Positions 27,910 to 41,086 of a stretch of DNA of 64,000 nucleotides are shown here, one piece after another. This stretch comes from Chrysomallon squamiferum (lineage: Eukaryota > Animalia > Mollusca), in NCBI GenBank assembly GCA_012295275.1, contig CM022671.1:16988001-17052000 (forward strand). The letters run 5' to 3'. The stretch's first letter is position 1. Each line of letters starts with the position of its first letter. Both the position numbers and the translations under genes were made by a program. The notes beneath the pieces are model-generated. The model was not told where the DNA came from, did no database searches, and saw nothing but the letters and a program-made list of their open reading frames with translations.

Positions 27910-28528
27910 GGTGGCTGGAAAAAGAGTCACCGGAAAAAAGTCACAATTTAGTATTGGAAAAAAATGTCACAAAATGTATGGGCTTGTAGAGTACTGAACG
28001 TAAACCATAGTAATTGTTAAGTTTACTGGTTAGGCTAGATTAAAGAAAGAGGCTTCATATTGTCTAGGGGTGATGCTAAGGTCTACCTTACTGATTAGTA
28101 TAGATTTAAACTAAGGGCTTCCTATTGTAAATGATTTATAAAATGTTCCAGGTTAAAATGTTTTTCATTATATATTCTCCAGCTTGCTCTAGTATCAGAA
28201 GTATGTTTAATATGGAAATTATTCATAGCAATAAGCGTGGTAACAAAATCTGTTATAAGGGGTTCATGTATACCAAACATACAACTCGCAAAGGTTGTTC
28301 TGGAAATGCGTCAAAAGATCTAGACGTAATTGGCAGAATTTCTTCGTGGTACTGGGTGGAACATCTGCCTAAACCACTAACATTAAAATCAAAGAACATT
28401 AACAAAAAACTCTGACAAAATGTGTTTAATCTAGCTTTCATTTTTAATCTTAATTAAAAACTGTGACTTTTTTACCTGTGTTTTTGTTTTCTGTGACTTT
28501 TTTTCCTGTGACTTTTTTTGCTAGAATC
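27910..28528 (+). mobile_element. Non-autonomous Mutator-like element with FLYWCH-type remnant
   Basis: Subterminal inverted arrays AAAAAAGTCAC / GTGACTTTTTT; target duplication gatttcat / gttttcat; internal MEIIHSNKRGNKICYKGFMYTKHTTRKG then frameshifted WKCVKRS (28212-28340); empty site in the paralogous block near 57100. Confidence 0.8.
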
Positions 28529-28621
28529 GTTTTCATCCAAGAATATTTTGTGATCATTCACTGGTGCATCTTCTACCACCGCACAGTGGAATTATTTGTT
28601 ATTCAAGACAATCAAATATAC

Positions 28622-28678
<57 letters not shown>
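28622..28678. repeat. (AAT)n microsatellite
   Basis: Perfect run. Confidence 0.95.
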
Positions 28679-28679
<1 letters not shown>

Positions 28680-30703
28680 TTACTGGTAAAAGTATGAGAT
28701 ATTAGATACTATGATTAAATAGTGATTTAAAATTGAAATAGTCTACCTGTAAAGGTTTTTCAACAGATATATAATGACACTGTAACAGGGATACCCTATC
28801 TGTCACTATATCTGTCTCACTGCCGAAGAATAACATTCAAACAAGTGAAATGGAAAATGTCTGTGATGATCTGGATGTTCTACAGGAAAAGTGAGTAATG
28901 TCAGAATATTTTCTGATCGTTCACCACTTCCCCCCCTCCCATGAGATAATCTCAGAGTTTAAAGGTAAGTTCTGGTATTTAGGATTTGAAAAATAACTGA
29001 AATGTGGATGTTATGAATAAACAAAAAGAATAGTACTAATCATATTTTACACAAATTTTTAAAAGTAGCCGATGGTATTTCTATCTACAACAAAACGCGC
29101 CAGATTGGAAACAATTTTTTATTTTTTATTTATATATATATTTTTTTATATAGAAGCTTTCTTGCTAAGCCTGACATATAGCTGACCTTATTCTCTATGT
29201 ATTCGCAAAACGTTTCTATTAGTAGGTTGTCAAGTCGCGGGTTTCATTTTCCCAATAATTAGCTTTTACGGCAGGTTTTTTTTTTTGCAGAAATAGTTGC
29301 TGCTATTTCCATCCCAACCTGCACTAAATAATGTCACAGTGACAAACCATGCACTTGAAACTGATGAATCGATAAAACAACAGACATACTTTTAATGAAT
29401 TTGACACGTATTGCTCGTGCATTGAATGCGTGCCACTGTGCTTTATTTATTTCGTTGCAAAACTGAATAGATATTTAGTAAATTGACTGAAAAATACATT
29501 ACTGAAGTAGTTGAATCTTTTACAATGCAACATGTATTCATCAATTTTCTAACTTATAAATGTCTTTGTTTAACAAATAACTAACTAACTAACTAAATAA
29601 ATAAAGTGGCCGAGCATTGAGAAAGTACATTAAAACAGAAAATAAATTACAAGTTTTATTTCTCCATTTTTTTACATTTGTTTTTTATATCACAAGATAA
29701 ATTAATCTCTGCAGTATAGTGTACAGAATTAAGCATGTTGCGATGAATCAGCAGACCCTTCCCACTTTATTCAATTTTTTATTATTTTTTTTATTTTAAG
29801 AAAAACGGTTCGTTCTGATTAGCACATGCATTTTTTCACTCACACACTTTCTATTATTTGTAAGCTAAATAGAGAAAACAACCTAGTTAGGTTTATTACG
29901 GTTCAGAGATAATAAATCTTAACACAAATTTAGAAGTATTTTTATTACCTTTTTCTTTCCTTTCATTCTTTCTTTCTTCTTCTTGTTTCGTTTTTTCTTT
30001 TTTTGTTCGTTTTTTTTTTTTTTTATCTTTATTTTAATTTATAGACATTTACCAGTATGAAAAAGAAAGAAGAAAAATAAATAAATAAAAATAAAAAGGA
30101 AAAACCATCAACAAACAAAATAGAGCAATAACAACAAAAAAAGTGTATGATGTAAGGATACAAGGAAAGAATTGTGAATTATATTAATATTTAATTATTA
30201 TTGTTAAAAAAAAGAAAAAAAAAAAAAAATCAAGGTAATTTTATTTTCCATTTACTTGAATTGAAGAATTAAAGTGTTTTAAGACTTAGAAATTATCTAA
30301 ATCTTTCCAGAAGAAATGGTTTTTATCTAGTTCATCTAGTTTATCTAGTCCATCTGCACACATTTAACCTCATTAACAGTTCTGGTTTATTCTGAGCCCT
30401 ATACAGTTTTTATCAATTCTAGCATGACATAATTTCTTCTCTTTATTAAGAATTATCTTTTACATCTATATAAATACAGTTACAATTACAAAAAGTATTA
30501 AATTAATACACACCAAACGATGTCATGAGAGTTTTATTTTTCGCTGAAATTAGTTCCTATACCTTAGCACTAAAAACAAACAGTCTTATAAATGTTCCAA
30601 AATATTTATTGTTGTTAAAATTGCATTAATTAAAGCAGGAAGTGAGATTTTCAACTGACTGAAATTGAGATTTTCTGATGATCTCTACTGAGAGGCTGGT
30701 TCA

Positions 30704-31066
30704 TCATGGACTGACATGTTTGGGCTGACATTTGGGATTGTGGTGTATGATGGTGCCTCCTGTTTCCTCCACAGTTTCCCCACGACATTCTAGTCCAGCC
30801 ATGCATGGGCAGTAGCCTTCCTCCAGATTGGGATTGAAAATATCATGGACCATGAAAACGTGACACGGATCATTCTCCTTGCGTTCAGCCTGACATGTTC
30901 CAGAGTCATGACCACTAAAGAATGAATCTGGGAAGATGAATCGCTTTCTGATCATTTTGGTGACACAGCAGAAACCTTCACCACAGTCGGAATCTTTCTT
31001 ACACACACCTCCAGCATTTACGACGACTTCATCTAATCTTTTTGTTGTGGTGTCTTGAGCAATGGC
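30704..31066 (-). CDS. Secreted 10-Cys prokineticin/colipase-fold peptide B, exon 2 (133 aa precursor)
   Basis: Same acceptor ctttcattcatttgaag|GCC; AIAQDTTTKR-LDEVVVNAGGVCKKDSDCGEGFCC...SGTCQAERKENDPC...GYCPCMAGLEC...NPKCQPKHVSP*; spacing C-x5-C-x4-CC-x23-C-x9-C-x17-CPC-x5-C-x18-C. Confidence 0.92.
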   Translation of the reverse strand, partial: AIAQDTTTKRLDEVVVNAGGVCKKDSDCGEGFCCVTKMIRKRFIFPDSFFSGHDSGTCQAERKENDPCHVFMVHDIFNPNLEEGYCPCMAGLECRGETVEETGGTIIHHNPKCQPKHVSP

Positions 31067-32041
31067 CTTCAAATGAATGAAAGAGTATTTGTTTTAGAGG
31101 TTTTTGTATGAAACATTATTTATATTAAACATTATTAGGTTCTAAATCTATAGATGTTATTAAACATTATTAGATGCTAAACCTGTACCTTTTATTAAAC
31201 ATTATGTGCTAAACCTATAGATTTTATTAAACATTATTATGTGCTGACCTATGGCTTATATTCAAAATTATTAGTGCTAAACCTACAATTTGTTTCAAAC
31301 ATTATTAAGTGCTATACCTAAAATTTATATCAAATGTTATTAGGTGCTAAACCTATTACTTATATTAAACATTATTCTATACTTAGTGTATCATTTTGCA
31401 CAATGAAAGAGAAATCCTGCTTCTCTATGTTCATAATTTAATTATTTAAACACAACATAATGTTGTTGTATAACTGTAACAGTTTTATGGTTTACTCTGA
31501 TCTGTTAGGACCTTGAGATGTTTTATATGCAATATGATTATCCCAAAAACGGAGTGCAATACATTATTTGATCAATCGGCTATGGAAGACCGATGAAGTG
31601 AGTTAAATATTTTCTCTAAAACATATTCTTATATATATATATATATATATATTTAATATTTATAACACTGAACTTTAAAAGAACTAAACAGAAAAACAAA
31701 AAGCTAAATAAACGAAAAATGAAGAGAAAGATTATGTATCATAAAGATTATGTATCATTATATTAAAATAATGATAAAAAAAAAAAAAAAAAAAAAAAGT
31801 TAATAAAAAATAAAATAAATAAAAATATAAACAAATGGAATAGTTTATATATGTATAAAAATTACATTTTAAACACCATAAAAACAAAGCTGTTTAAAGC
31901 TTAAAATTTTAATATTGAACATTAACAGAAATAAACTGAATGAAAAAAAAGATAAAAAAAGATAAAAAGAAGAATGAAAAGACAAAGTTTATATATCATT
32001 AAAACCATGGCAAATTTAAATTATAAAATTGAACATATTTA

Positions 32042-32074
<33 letters not shown>

Positions 32075-32155
32075 ACCAACAAAAATCAGCTTAATTTAAA
32101 AATGATCAATATATGAAATTTAATATTAATTTCTGTACAACTGTCTGGTACCTAC

Positions 32156-32194
32156 CACTGAAAAGATGGCCACAAGACAAAGAACAAATTTCAT
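32156..32194 (-). CDS. Peptide B exon 1, signal peptide MKFVLCLVAIFSV
   Basis: ctacaATGAAATTT...TCAGTG|gtaggt, phase 0; spliced N-terminus MKFVLCLVAIFSVAIA-Q is a typical signal peptide with A-x-A cleavage motif. Confidence 0.9.
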
Positions 32195-32242
32195 TGTAGA
32201 ATATTCCAGAATTCCTGTCACCAATAAAACCAGGATTGGCCC

Positions 32243-32250
32243 TTTATATA
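32243..32250 (-). promoter_or_regulatory. TATA box of peptide B gene
   Basis: TATATAAA on the minus strand about 50 nt upstream of the ATG. Confidence 0.6.
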
Positions 32251-35089
32251 TTCAGCGAAAATGGTGAGAAAATATCGAGTGAACAGCTGCAAAAAACTAT
32301 TCATATAGTTATTTAATCATAGATAATGTATGTCCCTGTTTAAAAATAGGTTGTTCACTCTAAGCAGACATTGCCTTCCCACAGTTTATAATTTAGACTA
32401 AAATAATGAAAACTGGAATATGTTAAACCTGAGATTCTGTAGTGCAGGGTAATGAAGTTATAAATTATTTTGTTTATTAATATTTACCATATTTGCTTAT
32501 GTATAAATTGTACAACAAATATGCCTTGAATATTGGTACATTTCAAGAAATGTACATGACATTGTTATTGGATAATGTCATGATGTCGAGCAGTCATTGC
32601 CAATACATTAACATAGAGTAACAACACATTTACTGTCAAATAACTTTCTACTGTATTAAATACAAAGGTTAAATAGATTTGAACACACACACACACACAC
32701 ACACACACATGCAAATATAGATGGTTTCTACAGCAATAATATAAAATTGGCACAATATACCTTCATTGGGTTCATTTTTAACCCTTGATGATTTTTAATT
32801 TGGATTCCAAGCTGGAGCTTATACCTGAGTAAATATGGTAGAATTCCATTTATTATGAAAAGTTTTTCATTAGTAATAAAACCACCTGGCTCCACATCAT
32901 CAGCTAATCTTTATTGATTTGTATTCATGCAGTTTAAATATGCATCTTCTTTCTCACTGTCAGCATGTCATGGCAAACTATCTAATACACCCCAAAATTT
33001 GATATAAAATATTGATTAAAATACTTATCTAATAAAGTAAAATCTGAAAAATGATTACTGAAATGCATTACAGCATGACAGGAATAAAGCCTGTTTCAAC
33101 AAACGTCTCATTCATATTTTTCACCTCTGTCACATATTGCACATGATTGTTTCAGAATGATAGTTAACAAAAGACTGAGATGAAAACAATTACAAATGTT
33201 AACTTTTGTAACTGATGAATTTCTAGAGAAACAGTAAAACAAAAAAATACAAAAAAACAAACAAAATTTAGACAAAATGGAAATTACTGGATTTAAATAA
33301 ATAAAACAAAAATAAAATAAATAAGCTAATATATCAAATGCATTTATTTCAAAGCACTACTTTCTGATCATTCTCTACTATACTATACTATACTATACAC
33401 ACACACACACACACACACACATACATATATGTGTTATTAATGTTAGAAGTTATGAACCATTTAAAATTATTGTCATTATTAACACAAATCAGGATTTAAA
33501 AATGATTTAATGATAACAATTTCTAATTCATCTAACATTTAATCAAATATTTATCACTCACTTTCTTAATCACACACATCCAGGTAATTTGAATTATCTG
33601 TAACCATCAACTCACCAACCAACAGTCAGGAAGACTGAGACAATCCCTTATAATACATGACCAAGCGTTGTCAAAGATGACATCAGGAAATGTTGTCATC
33701 AAACTGCACCCCTCCAGTGGCATACAAATGGTGTAACAGGATGATGAAGGAATACAGACAGGCTGAAAATGATAACAGTAGTGAAAAATACCCATATAAA
33801 AAGAAATTAGTGCCTATTTTGTGTAGCATGTTTATCAAATAACTATCCAAAAATATTTAAAAGATTAATTAAAAAGTGATCCAATTAATATTATCTTAAA
33901 ATAAAAGCATTAAAATTGTGTTTTTGTTTGCTGAATGTTTTTGGTATTTCTGCCATTAAATTAGGCAGTCAAAAATTTGATTCTATTTAAAAACAAATAA
34001 AATTTTATTTCAGTCAAAGCTTATTTACTGATAATTTTAGGTTATTTAAATCCTTTTAACTGATCACATTTAAAAAAAAAAGAAATAAAATCTACTAACA
34101 TAATTTTTTTTTTTTTCTTTGATAATTTGATAAACAATCTGATTTGGTTTTGATTTGAAAGATGCTTTATTTTGAATGAATTAACATAGAAAATATTTTT
34201 TTGAAATGATAGTTTAACCATTAAAAGAAAATATTGATTTCATTTCTGGGATTTAAATGTTTTATGTCCTAAAATCATGTTTGAACAAAATAATTTTAAA
34301 AAAAAGAAACAAAAGAAAAAGAAAGAAAATTATGGAAACTTACCTGAAAATGAATTTTAAAAAACATATTTCATAGGACAAGACAGGTAAGAGGTTTTTC
34401 CCAGACAAAAATTATTCATGTCACAAGTTTTTGCCACTATTCAGCATTATTCTTGAATGAATTAAGATGTACAAAATGACATACTGAAAAATGAGTTTTG
34501 TTTAATCATCAAATACATCAATTATTTTAAAAATTAATATTTTTAAAAAATCTTTAAAACTAGGATATTTAAATTTCTTTTTTTTAAATATGTCATTGAA
34601 ATAAACTTAATTTTTAAATAACATTTCATGTATGACTTTTAATATATTTAAAAAAAAACAAAAAAGATTTCCAGAATAACTGAACCAAGGAGAAAAAAAC
34701 AAAACATATGTACCTTAAATACATGTTCCGAGGTCTTGAGTACAGTAAACTGAAATTTTGTTGTACCATATTGTACTAAATATTCCATAGCCTATTCATT
34801 ATTACTATATAATAACATTAGTATTGTAACTCATTATAAACATTATGATTCAGTATTTATTTGTTCACTTTCTGAGAAATCTATAGAAATATGGGATAGA
34901 TCATCTGCAGCCTTCAAGTCCACAAAATGAATAGGTGGATATATACACTCCAGTAGAAATGATGGCAAAGATATCTGCCTCCAGTTGAATGTGAGGAGGA
35001 CATTGATTCTTCCATTAATAAAAAGCAAATGTTATGAGAACATATATTCACTTAAGACTGAGCACATGTTTAAACAGCTTATTTATAAA

Positions 35090-35290
35090 GCACCTTTTAC
35101 ATAGGCTACACATGAAAGACAGAAGTTTTTCACCAGTCCGTCATTCTAGTAGAGAATGGACAAACAGTTGTTTAAACTGTCTTTGTGGAGTATCAAATAT
35201 TGTCTCATCAATGTACCATTTGTCATTATCACACATATACTTAAGCCCAAATTCAGTACCAAACACTAACACCCTATTCTCAGTGCATTG
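35090..35290 (-). mobile_element. Decayed Mutator (MULE) transposase fragment
   Basis: 35281-35156 translates ENRVLVFGTEFGLKYMCDNDKWYIDETIFDTPQRQFKQLFVH, matching the MULE pattern R-x-L-x-F-x-T...W-x-x-DGTF...P..F.QL...H; stops on both sides. Confidence 0.7.
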
Positions 35291-35697
35291 TCCTGCTTCA
35301 TCTGTCTACAAGTTTGCATTTATTTATTTTCAAATATTTCATCTGTAAGCCTAATACTGCCACTTTTATTACATTTTATCTGAGTGGAATTGAAGGGGAA
35401 CTATTTTAGATTTCTACTGAGGGTAGCAGATGTCCACCTCTCTAATGTTTAGATGAGGGGATGCAGATATCTCTGATTCTATACATATATCAATTAGTTT
35501 GAAGACCAAACTTTATAAAATGTGCCATTTTTTTTCTTCAGCTGCTGTGCATTGTTTACTGACTTCATTTAACCAAGTTTTGGGTTTTTTTTTTTTTTTT
35601 TTTTTCCCAGTCAGCTCATTACTACTGAAAGGAAAACAAAAATAAAAAATCAGAATTCATTATTAATAAGTTAAAATGTATGTACGTTTATGTAAGC

Positions 35698-35730
<33 letters not shown>

Positions 35731-36027
35731 GAAGAAGAAGAAGAAGAAGAAGAAGAACAAGAAGAACAATCACAATAAATATATAAATAAATTTAAAAAA
35801 ATTAACATTTATATTTATTTCAAAGCAACATTCGTTTTATGTACACAAATGAAACAAGTCAAGTTAAAATTACATTAATCGTCACGATTAATAAACAATT
35901 TATTTATTTATTTTTTAAATTTCATTTAATTATTATGCAAACATTTTTATCCATCCTTTGAAAAACTATTTTAACAATATATTTGACTTTTAACATTATA
36001 AATAAAAAAAATGATTTACTCCTTTAC

Positions 36028-36169
36028 CAAATGAGCAGACTGAAACTTTACATCCAGTTTAAACTTTCTCGTACAAATTCGTCTGCAGTCTTACTTTGCA
36101 CGTGATAGTTTCAGACTATGGCGGAATGTTCCGAAGATACGTCGGCTAAATCCGTTTCTTTCCTGGAAC
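36028..36169 (-). other. Candidate non-coding (5' UTR-like) exon of a minus-strand transcript
   Basis: Strong acceptor ttattttctctttctgcag|GTTCC at 36169; possible donors after 36095 (gtaaga) or 36028 (gtaaag); CpG-retaining sequence. Confidence 0.35.
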
Positions 36170-36661
36170 CTGCAGAAAGAGAAAATAATTTGTTTTTGTA
36201 TCATGTATTAAGTAATCGTTTTGATTCTGGGATAGCTGTTGTCCGAGATATTTTGGTTGTAAGTATAATTATCCCACCAATAATTATGTGATAATTAAAT
36301 ATTAAGATGATGACATAAACGTAATACCGTGTCATTTGAACCATATTTTGTTTGGTCGAGTTTGTAGTTTGAGTTACGGTGTTGCATGTAATATCGTACA
36401 TTACCAGTTCTCGTTTGATTTTGATATTATTTATTAAAGAATAACATTTTTATACTCCGTAAAGCAAAAATTAATTCATGGAAATAACGAATAAAGTAAT
36501 AATGAAAAAGGAAAGAAATTAATGTCACTTTTCTCTTATAACAGTGATTAACGAAATAATAATAATAAAATAGGCCAAATAATGCAATACTGTATAATAA
36601 TACTCCTGTCAGAATGTAGTTTAAAAATTATTTTAATTGTAGTGGTGTTTAAAATATAGTA

Positions 36662-37370
36662 CAGTATTCCCTCGCTATTCGCGGGGGTTACGTTCTTTAC
36701 CCCCCCCGAATAGCGAAAAACCGCGAATATTGGATGCAGTTTTAAAACGTCTATATACGGTACTAAATGCTTCCCAAACACTTTCTAAAGACACTCTTAC
36801 TCATTAATACAGTAATAATGTAGTAATATTGCATGCAGTTATGTATTTCACTAATGTAGTAATGATAATGTAAACACATTTTAATTTTGTACTGAAACAA
36901 TATTTTAATCAGAAAGAAACGTAAGTACAGGAGGACAGTAACACCGCATAGCATAGTTACCCATACAGTATTACTGTACCGTAAAGTCATTTTCTATGCG
37001 TACAACATATGTATTAGAATTGACAGAAAGTGGAACAAATTTAAAGGCAAACAGACAGATAAATATAGTACGCACAGTTCAGGTAATAATAATACAATTC
37101 AGTAATAATATGCAATTAAAAACATTATTAATACACGGTCACAAAAAATATGCACTGTACATACAGTGTATGCATTTATAAAAAAATACGTAATGTATTG
37201 CAATAATAATTGAAAAAATTTGATATTGTTTGTGCGGTTTACCGAGCATTTGTTTTTATGACGTTATGACGCTCGCCTGGTATACCAGCATATGATGCGA
37301 TAGGGTTAAGAACCTAACCCGCGAATATGCGGGGCCGAATGGGGAACCGCGAACAGGTGAGGGTATACTG
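36662..37370. mobile_element. Tigger/pogo-like MITE
   Basis: Terminal inverted repeats CAGTATTCCCTCGCTATTCGCGG / CCGCGAACAGGTGAGGGTATACTG, TA on both sides, internal CCGCGAATA subrepeats, no transposase ORF. Confidence 0.85.
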
Positions 37371-37604
37371 TATATAAAAAAACAAATGTTGTAATTTTGT
37401 CTTTTCTTTAATAATGCCATTTAAAAAGTGAAAAATGCATCATTAATATTCATAATTGTTGTTTATTGCTTGGAGTAAGTTCGTAGGTCAAACTCCTACT
37501 AACTGTATTGTGTAACGTTTGTAAGGGTTGTATTTGTCATTGTTTTGATCATATAACTGGAGAAAACGCAGCTCAATTCTGTCTCATGATATTATGATAT
37601 TCAG

Positions 37605-37704
37605 GTTGGTTGTAATATTGTGAAATGTAAATTAAAGAAGTTAACTTTCTATGGAGACACTGAAGGAAGTTCACAAAATTTGCATGTAAGACATCTTTCT
37701 GTAG
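37605..37704 (+). other. Candidate 5' UTR exon of the PDZ-Roc-COR-Death gene
   Basis: ttcag|GTT...CTGTAG|gtatgt; an upstream donor gtaagt at 37475; next acceptor at 39170. Confidence 0.35.
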
Positions 37705-38029
37705 GTATGTGTTTTTAGCAATCACTTTCATTTGTCAGAAGTTTAGCTTAATTTTTGTATTGTCAGAAATCCAGATGGTTAAATTAAGATGTTATTTTCT
37801 TAGCCTATTTAAACAGAATAATGTGACATTTAACTTTATTTTTCTAATATTTTTATTCAATACTGTATTATTTGCTTTTTTGTTTTTCTTTTTTTCTTTA
37901 TTTTCATTTCTCATCTTTTCTCTTTTTAGCCTTTTGTTGTTTTTGTTAAGAAGAATAATTAATTTCTTTGTACCTGTTTTACAGCACTATACATATTAGA
38001 AACTGTTATGCCTCTCTGTGTGTGTGTGT

Positions 38030-38068
<39 letters not shown>

Positions 38069-38915
38069 TTTGTTTATAAATATATTATAACCAATCAATG
38101 TTTTGTAAAAGTAAATTATATTTCTGTTTATTTGTACAGCATTAGTTTTCTGATGTAGATGGTAGCCTTGTTTTTAAAGTAGTAGTTTAACATATTTATT
38201 ATTACTTGATGCAAATACCCAAAGACAAATTGTATAGCTAAACATAAAGACACTGATATATTATGCAGACTGTAACATTACATAGGCCAGGCATATTTTG
38301 TATTCTGTACAGTTGTAAATCATTCTTGTGGAACAGAAAGCAACAGAAATATAAACCACTAAATAAAAGTACACATGTTTACAAAAGATAAATCATATCC
38401 TTTACGAGAGATACATGATACAGTCCAGCATCATTACAAGTATCTGTTTCCTATTTACTTACATTTACATTCAGAAGTCATTCATTTATAAATATATAAA
38501 TTAAAAAAAAAAAAATGTTTCAAATACTGGTGTAATGACCTAGATTCTATACACTGTTAGCTTTGTTAATTTTGTTTACAGATAATTGATGTTTTAAGTG
38601 CATCTTCTCAAAAGTGGTGTGACCTTTTCTAAATAACAATAATATTCTCTAAGCATTTGGAGTGTGAGGTGGAGTGTGAAACATTAGCAGTAATACTAAT
38701 ATCAGTATCTGTCATTTTTATATATATATGTGTGTGTGTGTCAACTGCATAGTTTAAGTATAATTTGTTTCTTTTTCAGTTTAAAGTAAAATATATTTAG
38801 TGCATTTTATTTTTGTAACTATTTGTAGCTATTTTAGAAAACTTTGACAGCTATAAAACATGTGACTTTTTTATTTTAAATCAATTGTTTTTAAGGTTAT
38901 GGATATTCCTCTATC

Positions 38916-38949
<34 letters not shown>

Positions 38950-39189
38950 TTCATATCAGTTGTTTTTAAACATTACTTTTTACATTCTTATCAGCATTTC
39001 AAAATTTATATTATTGTTATTACTGAGTCAGTTTACTGTTAATTTCCTCTCCTGATGTTTGCTGTCATTGTTAATGTTTTTGTTACTAATATTTATTTAA
39101 TTATTTATTTTAGTGATCATCATCATCATTCTCTCTAGTTTTTGATGCGTTTCTTTTTTGTGATTTGCAGATGTATTGTTTGTAACATA

Positions 39190-39339
39190 ATGGGCTCTGT
39201 GCCCATTCATACTGTTATTAACCATCTTAAAAACAATCCAAGTAGCGTTGTGTGGTCTTCTTCTCGAGATGTCACTCTCTTCAGAGGCCAATCCAGCAAA
39301 CTGGGGCTGACCTTCAAAACAGTATCAATATGTCAGCAG
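39190..39339 (+). CDS. PDZ-PDZ-Roc-like-COR-Death protein, coding exon 1 (start, first half of PDZ1)
   Basis: Acceptor tttgcag at 39170, ATG 39190, MGSVPIHTVINHLKNNPSSVVWSSSRDVTLFRGQSSKLGLTFKTVSICQQ|gtaact; R-x4-KLGLTF resembles the PDZ carboxylate-binding loop; phase 0. Confidence 0.75.
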
Positions 39340-41086
39340 GTAACTCATTTCAATGCACACCGCCAAAATCCCTTGTGTTAAAATTATTAGTCATTATTGA
39401 CACTTTTAACTTGGTACCAAGGTCAGTACAACAATACATTATATGTATGTCATCTGTATAACAATAGGATTTCTATGAAGTGGCATCTGACCTGAACAAA
39501 GAGAGGTTTGGGCTGACAAGGAAGTGATTTTTAATTACAATGGTTTCGAAAATGAATTACAACAATTTGAATTTAAATCTAATATAAATTAAATATATAT
39601 TTACAGTTATATCCACATGTTCGCTTGCATGGACACACACAACATTCACAAACAAATATAATATTGAATAATAAATAAGGAAAAGTTTAATCTTTGAAAA
39701 GAACAGGAAAAAATGCAAAATCTTGATTTTTGTCAATATGTGGTGAATGAAATATATCCTTTTTTTTAATAATTATTTGTTAATTATTTACATTCTTACT
39801 AAATAAATGAAGAGAGACCGAATCTTTATTTTATTATTATTTATTTTTAACAAATAGTAAATAATAATAAAGATTCAGTGTCATTTCATTTATTTAGTAT
39901 TTTCTTTATTTAAATTTTGTATATATATTTTTTTTAAATTTGTTATATAACTAAGATGCATTAAAATAATGACACTAATAAGGGCAGCAACTGGAGTAGT
40001 CCAGTTACAAGAAAAAATTAACTGCAACACTTGTAGAGCAGGGTTTACCATGCTCTTTAGACTGCTGGCTTCTTGTATGAATCTATATTTACTGGTAGGC
40101 TTTTTCCTATACCAGCCAGAACACGTTTTAGCAAAGGATTTTGCTGTCAGTGGAAGTAGTATATATAAATGTTTCTTTTGATGGATAATCAGCACTTTAT
40201 ACTCATTCAGTAAAACTTGGGTTTATTTTCTGATAATCATTGTTGTAAATTAAACAAATAACCGGTAAAAAATTAAGCTTTGTTAAGTGAACACTTGTTT
40301 CAATGGTAACCCACAAAATGTGATTTAATACCTGATTCGATGTACAGGGTCATGTATATTTGACATCTAATAGTAATAATCACACATAGCAAAATACTGT
40401 GAGGTGTCAATGAAAATTCATTTATTCATTCTAAGAATATTAACATCAATTAGTCATTATTTTTAAGTAAAACATGTCATAGGTCATTTAAAATATTATA
40501 TATTTATTTTTTTACATTAAGAATTTTAAGCTAATATAGTGATAATAATATAAATAGTAATATATATTATTGTGTGTTACTTTTACTTATTTATTTATCT
40601 AAGTATTATATTTTTTCACATATCTTTAAACTTGCATTATTCATAAAATGTTTGTTGTTTATGTGATAAGTTAACTGAATTTGTTTAAAGAATTAAATCA
40701 CACTAATTTTATTTTTCTTTATTTATTTTCTTTATTTTCTTTTCTTTTCTTTTTTTATTTTCTTTATTTTATTTTATTTTATTTTATATTTTTTTATTTG
40801 TTTGGCAATTTACTATATAATTACATGCATTAAGATATTAATACTAATAATGTATTATATTTATAAAATTAAAATACATTTTATTTTTAGGTTCTTTCAG
40901 TAATCATGCACATATGCAGGCACACACACACAGCCACACACAGACACACACTTAAAAACAAAACAACAGAATATATTACTAAAGGTTCATTACTGATTGA
41001 GCATTACTTTTAGGTGTTCACAGATTACGTATATTATTGACTTTCTAATCAATTATTATTAATTATGTTTGATTGGTTTTCACCAG

